From assembly GCA_965205025.1 (NCBI GenBank), contig CBDBFU010000028.1, positions 1 to 64,000 of the forward strand: 64,000 nt of DNA, in the 5' to 3' direction. This document shows, piece after piece, positions 30,557 to 39,478 of this stretch (within the stretch, counting starts at the first letter, position 1; each line of letters begins with the position of its first letter). Under the pieces are notes generated by a model, which was given only the letters and a program-made list of their open reading frames with translations, was not told the origin of the DNA and did not search any database. A program made the position numbers and the translations under genes. This DNA comes from Candidatus Poribacteria bacterium. Its GTDB lineage: Bacteria; Poribacteria; WGA-4E; WGA-3G.

Positions 30557-31462
30557 TAGTGACCATCAGATTTAAAGAGACATTTTTTGTATTTTGTAAT
30601 AGAATGTGTCTATTATGGCATATTCAACAGATTTACGCAAACGCGTTTTAGATTTTATTGAAGCTGGCGGGAAAAAAGCCGAAGCTGCCCGTCGTTTTTC
30701 TCTGAATCGTTCAACGATTTATAGATGGTTAGCCGCTGAAGACCCGCTTTCGACCCAAAAACCCGGGGCCCAAAAGCATGAGAGTGCTTGACGAGGCAGC
30801 ACTGAAAAAACATGTCGCTGATTTCCCAGACTTGACGCAAAACGAACGCGCCTCACATTTCGGTGTTTCAGAGTCTTCTATAGCCTATGGGTTGCGGAAA
30901 CTCGGCATCACACGAAAAAAAAACAATCGGATATAAGGAGCGGTGCGATGAGAAACGTAGGGACTACCGTCAGACACTCACCGAGAAACACGCCGCTGGT
31001 AAAAAGATAGTTTATGTTGATGAATGCGGTTTTCGTGCTGAAAGTTATAGGCGTCATGGCTATGCCCCGAAAGGTGAATGTGTCTTAGGTTTGATCTCAG
31101 GCACAAGAACACGAACAACGACGCTGGTCGCAGCGCGTATCGGTTCGACTTTTACGGCACCTTGTTTGTTTGATGGAAGCTGCGATTCTGCGTGTTTCAA
31201 TGCGTGGCTTGAAGCCTATTTATGTCCACGGCTGTCTGTCTCAGACGTGGTTGTTCTTGATAATGCGAAGATCCACAAGACGCTTCGGACGCGTGAGTTG
31301 ATAGAAGCATCGGGAGCAGAGGTATTGTTTTTGCCACCTTATTCACCGGACTACAACCCGATTGAACACGACTTTGCGAATATCAAACGTCTCAGAGAAT
31401 ACAATGCTGATATAACCATTGATGAAGTTATAAACATGTATCATTAATTCTAAAGTTTACTA
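30557..31462 (+). mobile_element. IS630-family insertion sequence (906 bp, TA duplication)
   Basis: TA|TAGTGACCATCAGATTTAA...TTAATTCTAAAGTTTACTA|TA; the empty target GAATGCTATTTAGCATTCCC is present at 23492-23511. Confidence 0.88.
30615..31447 (+). CDS. IS630 transposase (orfA/orfB joined at an A9 slippery site near 30915; extra frameshift near 30765)
   Basis: 'MAYSTDLRKRVL' HTH; orfB 'YVDECGF', 'VVLDNAKIH', 'LPPYSPDYNPIE'. Confidence 0.85.
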
Positions 31463-31701
31463 TAGCATTCCCCGGGGTATGAATGCCATTTAGGCATTCC
31501 CCGGGACTCAAGAATATGAAGCAAGCCTCTTTGCTATAAACATTCCGTCCCTATGGGACTCAAGAATGTGTTTCAAAAGGGTAGAAGAGTTGGGAATTGG
31601 AGTTCCTTTCCATAGAAGAAAGATCGAATCAAGAGGTGGGAAAGATCGGGGATGGGAATCCATCCTATAGCAGAAGAGAAGATTGGGGAGATGACGGGGT
31701 A

Positions 31702-32765
31702 TTAACGTTCTGTGGCGTTCCACATCTCTGCGCGGGTGATGAATACCGTTCGGTCCTGCAACCACTCTGCATAACCGATTTTTCCATCGTCGATTAAGTA
31801 GTTGATTCTTTCATTGATACAGGCGGCAAGTTCAGCGTCTTTCAGATCGAATGTAAAACCTCCGTATTCGATTTGGTCATCGCGTGCAGTGACAACGAAT
31901 GTTGATCCGGGTGCATAAGCAGCATCTTGGTTTCCAGTCTCACCTCTGGCGATGGCATCAATATTGCCTTCAGCGAGTGCATCAAGCAATGCTGATTCAC
32001 CTGCCTCGTCGTCCAGATAAATAACTTGTGGCTTATCTTCTGAAGGCGGATAGAGAAGGTTTCTGCCTGCTAAACTTGGAGAAGCATTGGCTGCGGTAAT
32101 CCTATAATTGTCTGTTCCATCTGCGATAATAGTGCCTTGTGGTGTTTCAATGTGCGTTCCTTGAAGAAGAACGCCATTGGTGTCAACAATACCTGTGATT
32201 TCAAGTAAGCGTGCTTCTCCTGTTGTACCGGAAAGCACACCGACCGCGAACATCACGTGTAAGGGAACTGTAGTCAGAGAGACGATCAGCATCCTTGGCA
32301 CGGACGAGAAGCGATTGCCGAAACTTGATATGTCCCGATGTAAAGACAACGATTGGGTTGCCTGCCGCGTTTTGTGTCCGAGAATCAAGGATTGTGATTC
32401 CACCGCCGATAATGTCATATTCAGGTTCGGTAGCTTTGAGCCAGATTCCTGGCCATTTCTGCGATGGCACTCCGAGTGAAGGATATACCGGCATCTTCCA
32501 TCATTTCAAGGGCTGTTAATAGGTCTGCTTCATAACCTTGATGGGTGTTGAATCCATCAGCAGTTGGATCTTCGTTGGCACTGTAACTCACAGGTGCAAA
32601 ATAGGCAAAGAAACCTACGTTGAGAACACGTTTACTGTCGGTACATGTTTGGTCCGTTGTTATTTTGTCATGGGTGATTACCTTCTGAATCTGTTGACAC
32701 CCTAAGAACATAGGTGTGAGTATTAGAAAGAAGATTAAATATGTAAAAGATAGTGTGTATCGCAT
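31702..32765 (-). pseudogene. Amino-acid ABC transporter substrate-binding lipoprotein (PBPb-like), two frameshifts (~32455, ~32250)
   Basis: 'FLGC' lipobox, 'VGFFAYFAPVSY', 'GYEADLL', 'YDIIGGGITILDSR', 'VGVLSGTTGE', 'ALAEGNIDA' spread over three frames. Confidence 0.7.
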
Positions 32766-32864
32766 GAAATCCTTTGATGTTTGTATTATTCCGTTACAAC
32801 CGTGGTGGGAATACATTTTAATATGGATGCATTGCTGTGATCTTCTTTCTACTTTTGCTTATTT

Positions 32865-33016
32865 AACGTGAGTTTGATAAATCAGATATTAATACTCGAA
32901 TCAACGGTATGAATGCTATTTAACATTCCCAGCGGTTAGGAAACCGCACCTACCGAGTCTATGGGAGTGATATTTTTGGATAATGTAGCTTATTTGCCTA
33001 TTATCAAACTCACGTT
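32865..33016. mobile_element. 152-bp MITE with perfect 16-bp TIR, carrying a B element and a C-type REP
   Basis: AACGTGAGTTTGATAA ... TTATCAAACTCACGTT. Confidence 0.75.
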
Positions 33017-33098
33017 TGTTTATATTTTCAGTTGGTGTAGTTGTCTTGTATCCGATTTATCATTTTCACATTACTTTTTTGTTGTGAGTTTCAACGCG

Positions 33099-33431
33099 TT
33101 ACGACACATTGGTATTCACATGGATGACTTGTCCGTGTTGTACGTCCCTGATGACTTGATTCACTTCCAGCATAACAGGTTGAATATCCTGTAGTTTATT
33201 GCTTCTGGCAGAGATGATAATGACACCGATAGCGTATTCGCTGATGTTATGTTGATATTCAATGCTCTTGTCCATTGTTACCAACACATCAAATGTTTCC
33301 GCGGCTTGCTCAAGGAGTTCGCCATTTCGCTTTCCTTTCCATCCTTGCCGATCTACAGTTGTCACGTGGCAATCGGGATCAAAATATCGGATCAATCGCC
33401 AGTTTAAGTTTTCGTCAAGTAGAACACGCAT
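33099..33431 (-). CDS. DUF5615/VapC45-like PIN toxin
   Basis: 'MRVLLDENL', 'GWKGKRNGELL', 'FDVLVTMDK.IEYQ'. Confidence 0.85.
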   Translation of the reverse strand: MRVLLDENLNWRLIRYFDPDCHVTTVDRQGWKGKRNGELLEQAAETFDVLVTMDKSIEYQHNISEYAIGVIIISARSNKLQDIQPVMLEVNQVIRDVQHGQVIHVNTNVS

Positions 33432-34000
33432 GTTGGATTGTCTTCCGATTTTATCGTGTTTAATGTCTCAAATACCGTTTCCAATGCGAACTCTAAAAAG
33501 GCGATTGCCTGCTCTCTCGACACAGAAGTGAACCCATCAAGAAAGTCATCAAGGCTTTCTCCTGCTTTTAGATGATCAATCAGCGACTTTATCGGCACAC
33601 GAGTGCCAATAAACACTGGCTCGCCGCCGTGAATGTTGGGATCTTGATTTATCATTGCTTTGTATAAACGAAATGCAGTCCACTCGGTCCCTAAATTTTT
33701 CCGAGAACATTCAGAACCGCTTTTGTAGAACCGACCTGGGGGACACACTTCTGACATAAGTGGAACATTAATCGCTTTAGATAACCTATCACATATATCT
33801 TCAATAACACTTCCATCCCGTTCTGTCCGCTCCATTTTTGGTTTTACTCGGATATATAGTTCATCATTTCTCACTCGCTCCAAAAAATCTTCTGATAATT
33901 TTTTAGACACCTGATCACTATATTCCAAGAATGGATAATCTTCTTTTAGAATACGCTCCAGTTCATTTACAACAAACTGGTTTTCGTGTAGTTTTTCCAT
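33404..34000 (-). CDS. DUF433 antitoxin with ~115-aa N-terminal extension
   Basis: 'DPNIHGGEPVFIGTRVPI..LIDHLKAGESLDDFLDGF' in the C-terminal half; overlaps the toxin gene. Confidence 0.8.
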   Translation of the reverse strand: MEKLHENQFVVNELERILKEDYPFLEYSDQVSKKLSEDFLERVRNDELYIRVKPKMERTERDGSVIEDICDRLSKAINVPLMSEVCPPGRFYKSGSECSRKNLGTEWTAFRLYKAMINQDPNIHGGEPVFIGTRVPIKSLIDHLKAGESLDDFLDGFTSVSREQAIAFLEFALETVFETLNTIKSEDNPTCVFYLTKT

Positions 34001-34502
34001 GATTATTCCTTCTGATATTCTGCTAAGTCAGAATAGTAGAAAAGTGGCTAAAAAATTGGATAGAGTTTAATAAACAGTTCTCTAATCCTTAACACAATTA
34101 GAGGATAATAACAATACACCAAAAAGTCAAGTAAATCACTACAGCTGAAATCCGTATGTTTTTAGGTTGTTTTGAGTTGTCTGAATCACAGATTACACGG
34201 ATTACGCGGATTACACGGAAAAGAGAGGTATTTATCAGTAAGATTTTCTTTCAATGCAGATACTAAGGCAGGGGAATCAACGGTATGAACGCCTTTTGGC
34301 TTCACCGAGTATGAATGCCATGAATCAACGGTATGAATGTCATAAGGCATTCCCCAGGAAACCGCACTTACCATGGGATGGAAAAGATCCTAATCCCCTC
34401 TCTACAGAAGAGTCGGGAATTGGAATTCCCTCCTACAGAAGAGAAGATCGAAAATCGGATTCCTATCCTACAGTTAAAAATAGTGTGGACTGTTCATTAG
34501 AT

Positions 34503-35262
34503 TCAAATTGGAAATTGGTGATTGCCTGCAGTTAAGCCACCATCAATGACAAAGATGGCACCCGTTGCAAAACTTGATTCATCAGAGGCAAGGAATAGGG
34601 CTGCATTTGCTATGTCAAGAGGTTTTCCGATTCGACCTAACGGATACCAGGGTGTGATTTCGTCCAAGATCTTCGGATTGCGTTCTATCATGGGTTCCCA
34701 GACTTCTGTTTGTATAGTTCCGGGGCATATACAGTTTATCCTTATGTTATCTTTTCCGTGTGCGACTGCCATTGATCGTGTCAGTGAAATAACACCACCT
34801 TTTTGCTGCGGAATAGGCATGAATTCCTTGCAGTCCTATGAGTCCATTTACGGATGCGATATTCACAATGTTTCCACCACCTGCATGTTGCATAATCGGT
34901 ATAACAGCATTGCTACAATGACTTGTGCCTTGAAGAGCAACGGCTAAGTTTGCTTCCCAGTTGTTATTGAGGACATCGGCGGTGGAACAGATAGCGTTGT
35001 TTACGAGTATGTCTATTGTTCCGTAGGTTTCAACGGTTTTGTTAATAAGTGCTTCTGCTTGTGTGGAATTGGAGACATCTGCGTTGACAAATAGTGCTTC
35101 TCCACCAGTATCGGTGATTGTGGAAACCGTTTCTGTTCCGTTTGCATCGTTAACATCATCTACAACGATTTTTGCTCCTTCTTCAGCGAAACGGATTGCT
35201 ATTGCTTTTCCGATTCCGCGTCCAGCTCCTGTGACTATGGCTATTTTATTTTTTAATCGCAT
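34503..35262 (-). CDS. SDR family oxidoreductase with one frameshift in an A-run near 34800 (likely sequencing error)
   Basis: 'TGAGRGIG', 'ILVNNA', 'YSAAK', then 'GGVISLTRSMA...IRINCICPG...DGG' in the next frame. Confidence 0.8.
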
Positions 35263-35429
35263 AAGGTGATACCTGTTAATTTATGATTTTAAATGGAACG
35301 TAGTATTGAGAATTGATTTTATATTCTTTTCTGTATTATGTATGGTATAATTTTACAATTCTATCGGATGAGTTTACATTATCAAGGTTAGGAATGAGGC
35401 TATTTTCATCAATAAGTATATTTTAGAAT

Positions 35430-35504
35430 ATAGACATTTCGTCCCTACGGGACTCCAAGAATATGCGTTCTGTTTTTCTATAGACATTCCGTCCCTACGG
35501 GACT
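35430..35504. repeat. Two family-A REP-like hairpins
   Basis: TAGACATT(T/C)CGTCCCTACGGGACT twice. Confidence 0.8.
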
Positions 35505-35698
35505 TTAGAATACGGATACATACGTTTTCTTATAGTATATCTGATAAATCGCTTTTATGGGTTTTTTATTCTTGCCAAGTCCTATATATTCAATTAACGA
35601 ATGGGGAGATCTCGCCCCTAATTGGTGCGTATGTTTTGTATTGATAAAATTCACTATAGTTTTATTGCATTACCGTACAAGGCAAAATCACGGCAATT

Positions 35699-35899
35699 CT
35701 ATTGGACTCGCTGGATTAATTGAATGTTGTGTCGTAGTAATTCATTCACAAGTTCACCTACATCTTTACCCTTTACGTCCGCAAGATGTTGTATAAAATC
35801 CCCTACATCTTTTTCAAGGTAAATTGGTATTTGGAAAACCGCATCTTGATTATAGAATTTACCCCGTTCACCTTTTGAAAAAATGTATTCGTCTTTCAT
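35699..35899 (-). CDS. BrnA/CopG-like antitoxin, orphan
   Basis: 'MKDEY.FSKGERGKFY....PIYLEKDV', RHH-like C-terminus; no toxin gene upstream, where a MITE starts at 35913. Confidence 0.65.
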   Translation of the reverse strand: MKDEYIFSKGERGKFYNQDAVFQIPIYLEKDVGDFIQHLADVKGKDVGELVNELLRHNIQLIQRVQ

Positions 35900-35912
35900 A
35901 GTTGTATTTATT

Positions 35913-36138
35913 TACCATTTTTATAAATGACTATTCCATGAAGGATTGTTAAGCCTGCCTTGAAATAATGCACAAACTGAATGAGGATTAAAATAATAAT
36001 TCGGTAATGTGTTAGAAATTCGGTTCGGTTAGGAAACCGAACCTACCAAGTTTGGGAAAATGGGAATTACCGAATTTAAAACTTAATCCTCATAAAGTTT
36101 GTGCTACATTAAAGAGACAATTATTATCAGAAATGGTA
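35913..36138. mobile_element. Composite nested MITE
   Basis: TACCATTT...AAATGGTA shell > CACAAACT/AGTTTGTG hairpin > ATGAGGATTAA/TTAATCCTCAT > AATTCGGTAAT/ATTACCGAATT > GGTTCGGTTAGGAAACCGAACC REP. Confidence 0.75.
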
Positions 36139-36143
36139 TGACA

Positions 36144-36905
36144 TTAATGTTGTAAGGTTTGTGATATAAACAACTTTGTCCGTTCATGTTTGGGGTTATC
36201 AAAGAATTCTGCTGGTGCAGCGTCTTCAATTATCATTCCCTCATCAAAGAACAGGATTCTATCAGCGACTTCACGAGCAAATCCCATCTCATGGGAAACA
36301 ACCAACATCGTCATTCCGGATTGTGCGAGTTCACGCATTACATCCAATACCTCCGAGATCATTTCAGGATCAAGTGCACTTGTAGGTTCATCAAAGAGCA
36401 TGATTTTAGGTTCCATAGCTAATGCTCTTGCGATGGCAACCCGTTGCTGTTGTCCACCTGAAATTTCTGATGGATATTTATTTGCTTGATCCTCAATATC
36501 CATTCTATCTAAGAGAGCCAATGCTTCTTTTTCAGCCTGATGTTTGGGTATTTTTCTAACTCGAATTGGTCCTAATGTAATATTCTGTAGGTTTGTCAAA
36601 TGTGGGAAGAGGTTGAATTGTTGGAAGACCATTCCGACTTCCTGACGGATGAGATTTATATTCCGTAGGTCATTGGTTAGCTCAATACCTTCGACGATAA
36701 TCCTGCCTTGTTGATGTTCTTCAAGTCGATTGATTGTCCGAATAAATGTGGATTTTCCGGAACCTGAGGGACCACATATTACCACCTTTTCACCAGTTTG
36801 GAAAGATGTGGTAATTCCCTTAAGGACATGAAAATCGTCGTACCATTTATGTATATCTTCACAGACAATAATTGGATCGTTTGCCATGTTTTCTTGATTA
36901 TCCAT
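36144..36905 (-). CDS. aapP: General L-amino acid ABC transporter ATP-binding protein
   Basis: 'GPSGSGKST', '[15 protein letters not shown]', '[13 protein letters not shown]'. Confidence 0.9.
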   Translation of the reverse strand: MDNQENMANDPIIVCEDIHKWYDDFHVLKGITTSFQTGEKVVICGPSGSGKSTFIRTINRLEEHQQGRIIVEGIELTNDLRNINLIRQEVGMVFQQFNLFPHLTNLQNITLGPIRVRKIPKHQAEKEALALLDRMDIEDQANKYPSEISGGQQQRVAIARALAMEPKIMLFDEPTSALDPEMISEVLDVMRELAQSGMTMLVVSHEMGFAREVADRILFFDEGMIIEDAAPAEFFDNPKHERTKLFISQTLQH

Positions 36906-36931
36906 TATAGTTTCCTTATGGAAATTAGGTG

Positions 36932-38113
36932 TTATGCATTTCCAACACCGAGTGAGGTTTCAACTTCCGTACTAACATAAGACATTGAATAACTAAAGAC
37001 AAAATAGATGACGGCGGCTAATAGATATACCTCCGCTTGTAGTCCTAACCATTCCCGATTTGCAGTAATACTTTTCGCTACCCCTAATAGGTCAATGAGT
37101 CCAATAATTGACACTAATGAGGTGTCCTTAAATAGTGATATGAATTGTCCAACAATCGCAGGAATTACGGAACGAAGTGCTTGTGGTAAGACGATAAAGA
37201 GCATTGTTTTGGGGTAGTTTAGACCTAATGCTTGTGCTGCTTCAGTTTGACCGCGCGGAATCGCCTGAAGTCCTCCACGGACATTCTCAGCCATATATGC
37301 AGCGGAGAAGAAGGTAATACCGATCATCATACGGATTACTTGGTCGATATTTATATCTGGCATAAAAATCGGAATTAGGACACTCCCCATGAATAGTATT
37401 GTAATCAACGGTACACCGCGTATCGTCTCAATATATGTGGTTGAAATCCATCGAACTGCGGGGAGTTTACTCTGACGACAGAGAGCTAAGAACACCCCAA
37501 GTGGGAAGGAGGCGATAATTCCAACTATTGCCAGTATAAGTGTTAGTAGCAGTCCACCCCAGTTGCTTGTGAGAACAGCATTTTCGCCGAACCCGCGAAG
37601 AACTATCATTGTAATGGGAAACGAGAGTATCCATCCTATAACTATCCAACGATACCAACTGCTTTTATTCAGTGTTAAAAAATAGAGGACGACGATTGCT
37701 AATACAATTCCCAGAAACCAACCACGGGTTGATAGTTGAAATGGTATAATCGCACATAATAACCAAACACTGCCAAGTATTATAGCAAACGTTCGAACTA
37801 TACCTCCCCATATACCCGCACTCATAGCTAAGAGAGCACTCAATAGATATATTACAGTCCAGACACGCCAAATTTGATCACGGGGGTAAGATCCGATTAG
37901 TATGAGTTGAAGGTTGGCAGGAATCACACTCCATTTTGCTTCTGTTAACGCCCAAGTTAATATCCCATAAACTACAAATAGTATAAATGCAATGGATGCC
38001 AGTGTGAGAATGACATTATACCAAGTATTAAATAGGTTTTCCCGTAGCCATTCCCGTGGACCTTTTACGTTTCTTGGGGGTTTGGGGGATTGTACCATTT
38101 CTTGTGATTCCAC
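36932..38113 (-). CDS. aapM: General L-amino acid ABC transporter permease
   Basis: '[12 protein letters not shown]', 'WGGLLLTL', 'IRGVPLI', '[19 protein letters not shown]'. Confidence 0.88.
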   Translation of the reverse strand: MESQEMVQSPKPPRNVKGPREWLRENLFNTWYNVILTLASIAFILFVVYGILTWALTEAKWSVIPANLQLILIGSYPRDQIWRVWTVIYLLSALLAMSAGIWGGIVRTFAIILGSVWLLCAIIPFQLSTRGWFLGIVLAIVVLYFLTLNKSSWYRWIVIGWILSFPITMIVLRGFGENAVLTSNWGGLLLTLILAIVGIIASFPLGVFLALCRQSKLPAVRWISTTYIETIRGVPLITILFMGSVLIPIFMPDINIDQVIRMMIGITFFSAAYMAENVRGGLQAIPRGQTEAAQALGLNYPKTMLFIVLPQALRSVIPAIVGQFISLFKDTSLVSIIGLIDLLGVAKSITANREWLGLQAEVYLLAAVIYFVFSYSMSYVSTEVETSLGVGNA

Positions 38114-38137
38114 GATGTTCTGTCCTTTAGTTTTGGT

Positions 38138-39307
38138 CTATGATCGTCCTTTACGGTTCACCCAACTATTATACCAATTCATTACTGCTGATGTGGTTAA
38201 GCTTATTGTTAGATAACTCACCATAACCATAGCGAAAACAGGGATGGATTGTCCAGTTTGTGACAATATGGTATTCCCAATAGCGAACATATCAGGAAAA
38301 CCCATTGCGACAGCCAAGCTTGAGTTTTTCACAAGGTTTAGGTATTGACTGGTGAGGGGAGGAATAATAATCGGAACTGCTTGTGGGAGTACAATTAAGC
38401 GTAAGGTCTGTGCTCCATTTAACCCAACTGCTCTTGATGCTTCGCGTTGTCCTTTTGAAACGGCTTGGATTCCACTTCTCACGATCTCTGCGATATATGC
38501 ACCTGTGTATGCTGAGAGACCTATTAACACTGCTGAAAACTCAGGCGTTAGACTTACGCCTCCACTGAAGTTGAAGACGCCGAGTATTGGAATTTCTGTT
38601 GTCAAAGGTTTTCCTGGTGTAAGAAACCATCCACAAATTGCAACGATAACAAATGCTGGGAGTGCCCATTTTGCTCGAAACCCGGGTAAGTCCAACTGTT
38701 TGAGTTGTCGCCATCGAACAATATATAGAATTGCTGCTATTATAAATCCTATACACAGAAAAGCAATCCAAGTTGAAAAACCTGAGGAGGGTTCAAGCGC
38801 GGGAAAATAGATACCCCGGTTATTGATGTAAATGGAATCAAAAAATGAAAAACTCTCTTCAACTAATGGTAATCTAAGTATGGCAGCGTACCAAAACAGT
38901 ATTTGGAGTAGGAGAGGTATATTACGAAAACATTCTACATAGATGGTTGCTATTTTGCGTACTAACCAGTTGCTGGATAATCGTGCTATACCAAAAAACA
39001 GTCCGAGTAGTGTTGCACAGACAACACCGATGAGACTTACACGGATTGTGTTCATGACACCAACCCAAAATGCTTTTAGGTATGTATCGGCTGGGTCATA
39101 ATCTATACCTTCAGATATAAGAAATCCTGCTTCATTCTCTATAAAACCCATGCTAAGTTCTAAATTGAGATTCTTTAACCCTCTCTGCATGTTGGTGTAG
39201 AGTAATGCTGCTAATAGGATGACACCGACGAGAAACAGAATTTGGAAAAGAATACGTAATACACGGATATCACGCCAGAATGGTATGTTTGATGGGTTTT
39301 GTGCCAT
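38138..39307 (-). CDS. aapQ: General L-amino acid ABC transporter permease
   Basis: 'ARLSSNWL', 'FRNIPLLLQ', 'AEIVRSGIQAVSKGQREA', 'PPLTSQYLNLVKNSSLA'. Confidence 0.88.
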   Translation of the reverse strand: MAQNPSNIPFWRDIRVLRILFQILFLVGVILLAALLYTNMQRGLKNLNLELSMGFIENEAGFLISEGIDYDPADTYLKAFWVGVMNTIRVSLIGVVCATLLGLFFGIARLSSNWLVRKIATIYVECFRNIPLLLQILFWYAAILRLPLVEESFSFFDSIYINNRGIYFPALEPSSGFSTWIAFLCIGFIIAAILYIVRWRQLKQLDLPGFRAKWALPAFVIVAICGWFLTPGKPLTTEIPILGVFNFSGGVSLTPEFSAVLIGLSAYTGAYIAEIVRSGIQAVSKGQREASRAVGLNGAQTLRLIVLPQAVPIIIPPLTSQYLNLVKNSSLAVAMGFPDMFAIGNTILSQTGQSIPVFAMVMVSYLTISLTTSAVMNWYNSWVNRKGRS

Positions 39308-39478
39308 TATAATTTTTGGTTTTTATTTATAGTTGTCTGAATCAGAAGGTGTATTTTATAAGATTATACCACATTTACACAAGAGATATACATAAAATCT
39401 TACTTATGGACGTGTTCTTAGTGTTGAATGTGAAATTTGTCGGGAATCGGAATCCACTTTTACAGAAGAGAAATACAT

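Larger units (their letters stand above)
30229..31562. repeat. MITE-borne cluster of family-A REP-like hairpins interrupted by B elements and an IS630
   Basis: Left end TTA|TACCAATTTT; A units near 30295, 30345, 30395, 30500 and 31534; B elements at 30418-30460, 30523 (split by the IS) and 31477-31501. Confidence 0.7.

Noticed and set aside
34254-34535. ORFs at 34186-34535 and 31508-31797
   Set aside because: They are composed of B, C and GGGAATCGGAG-type repeat units.
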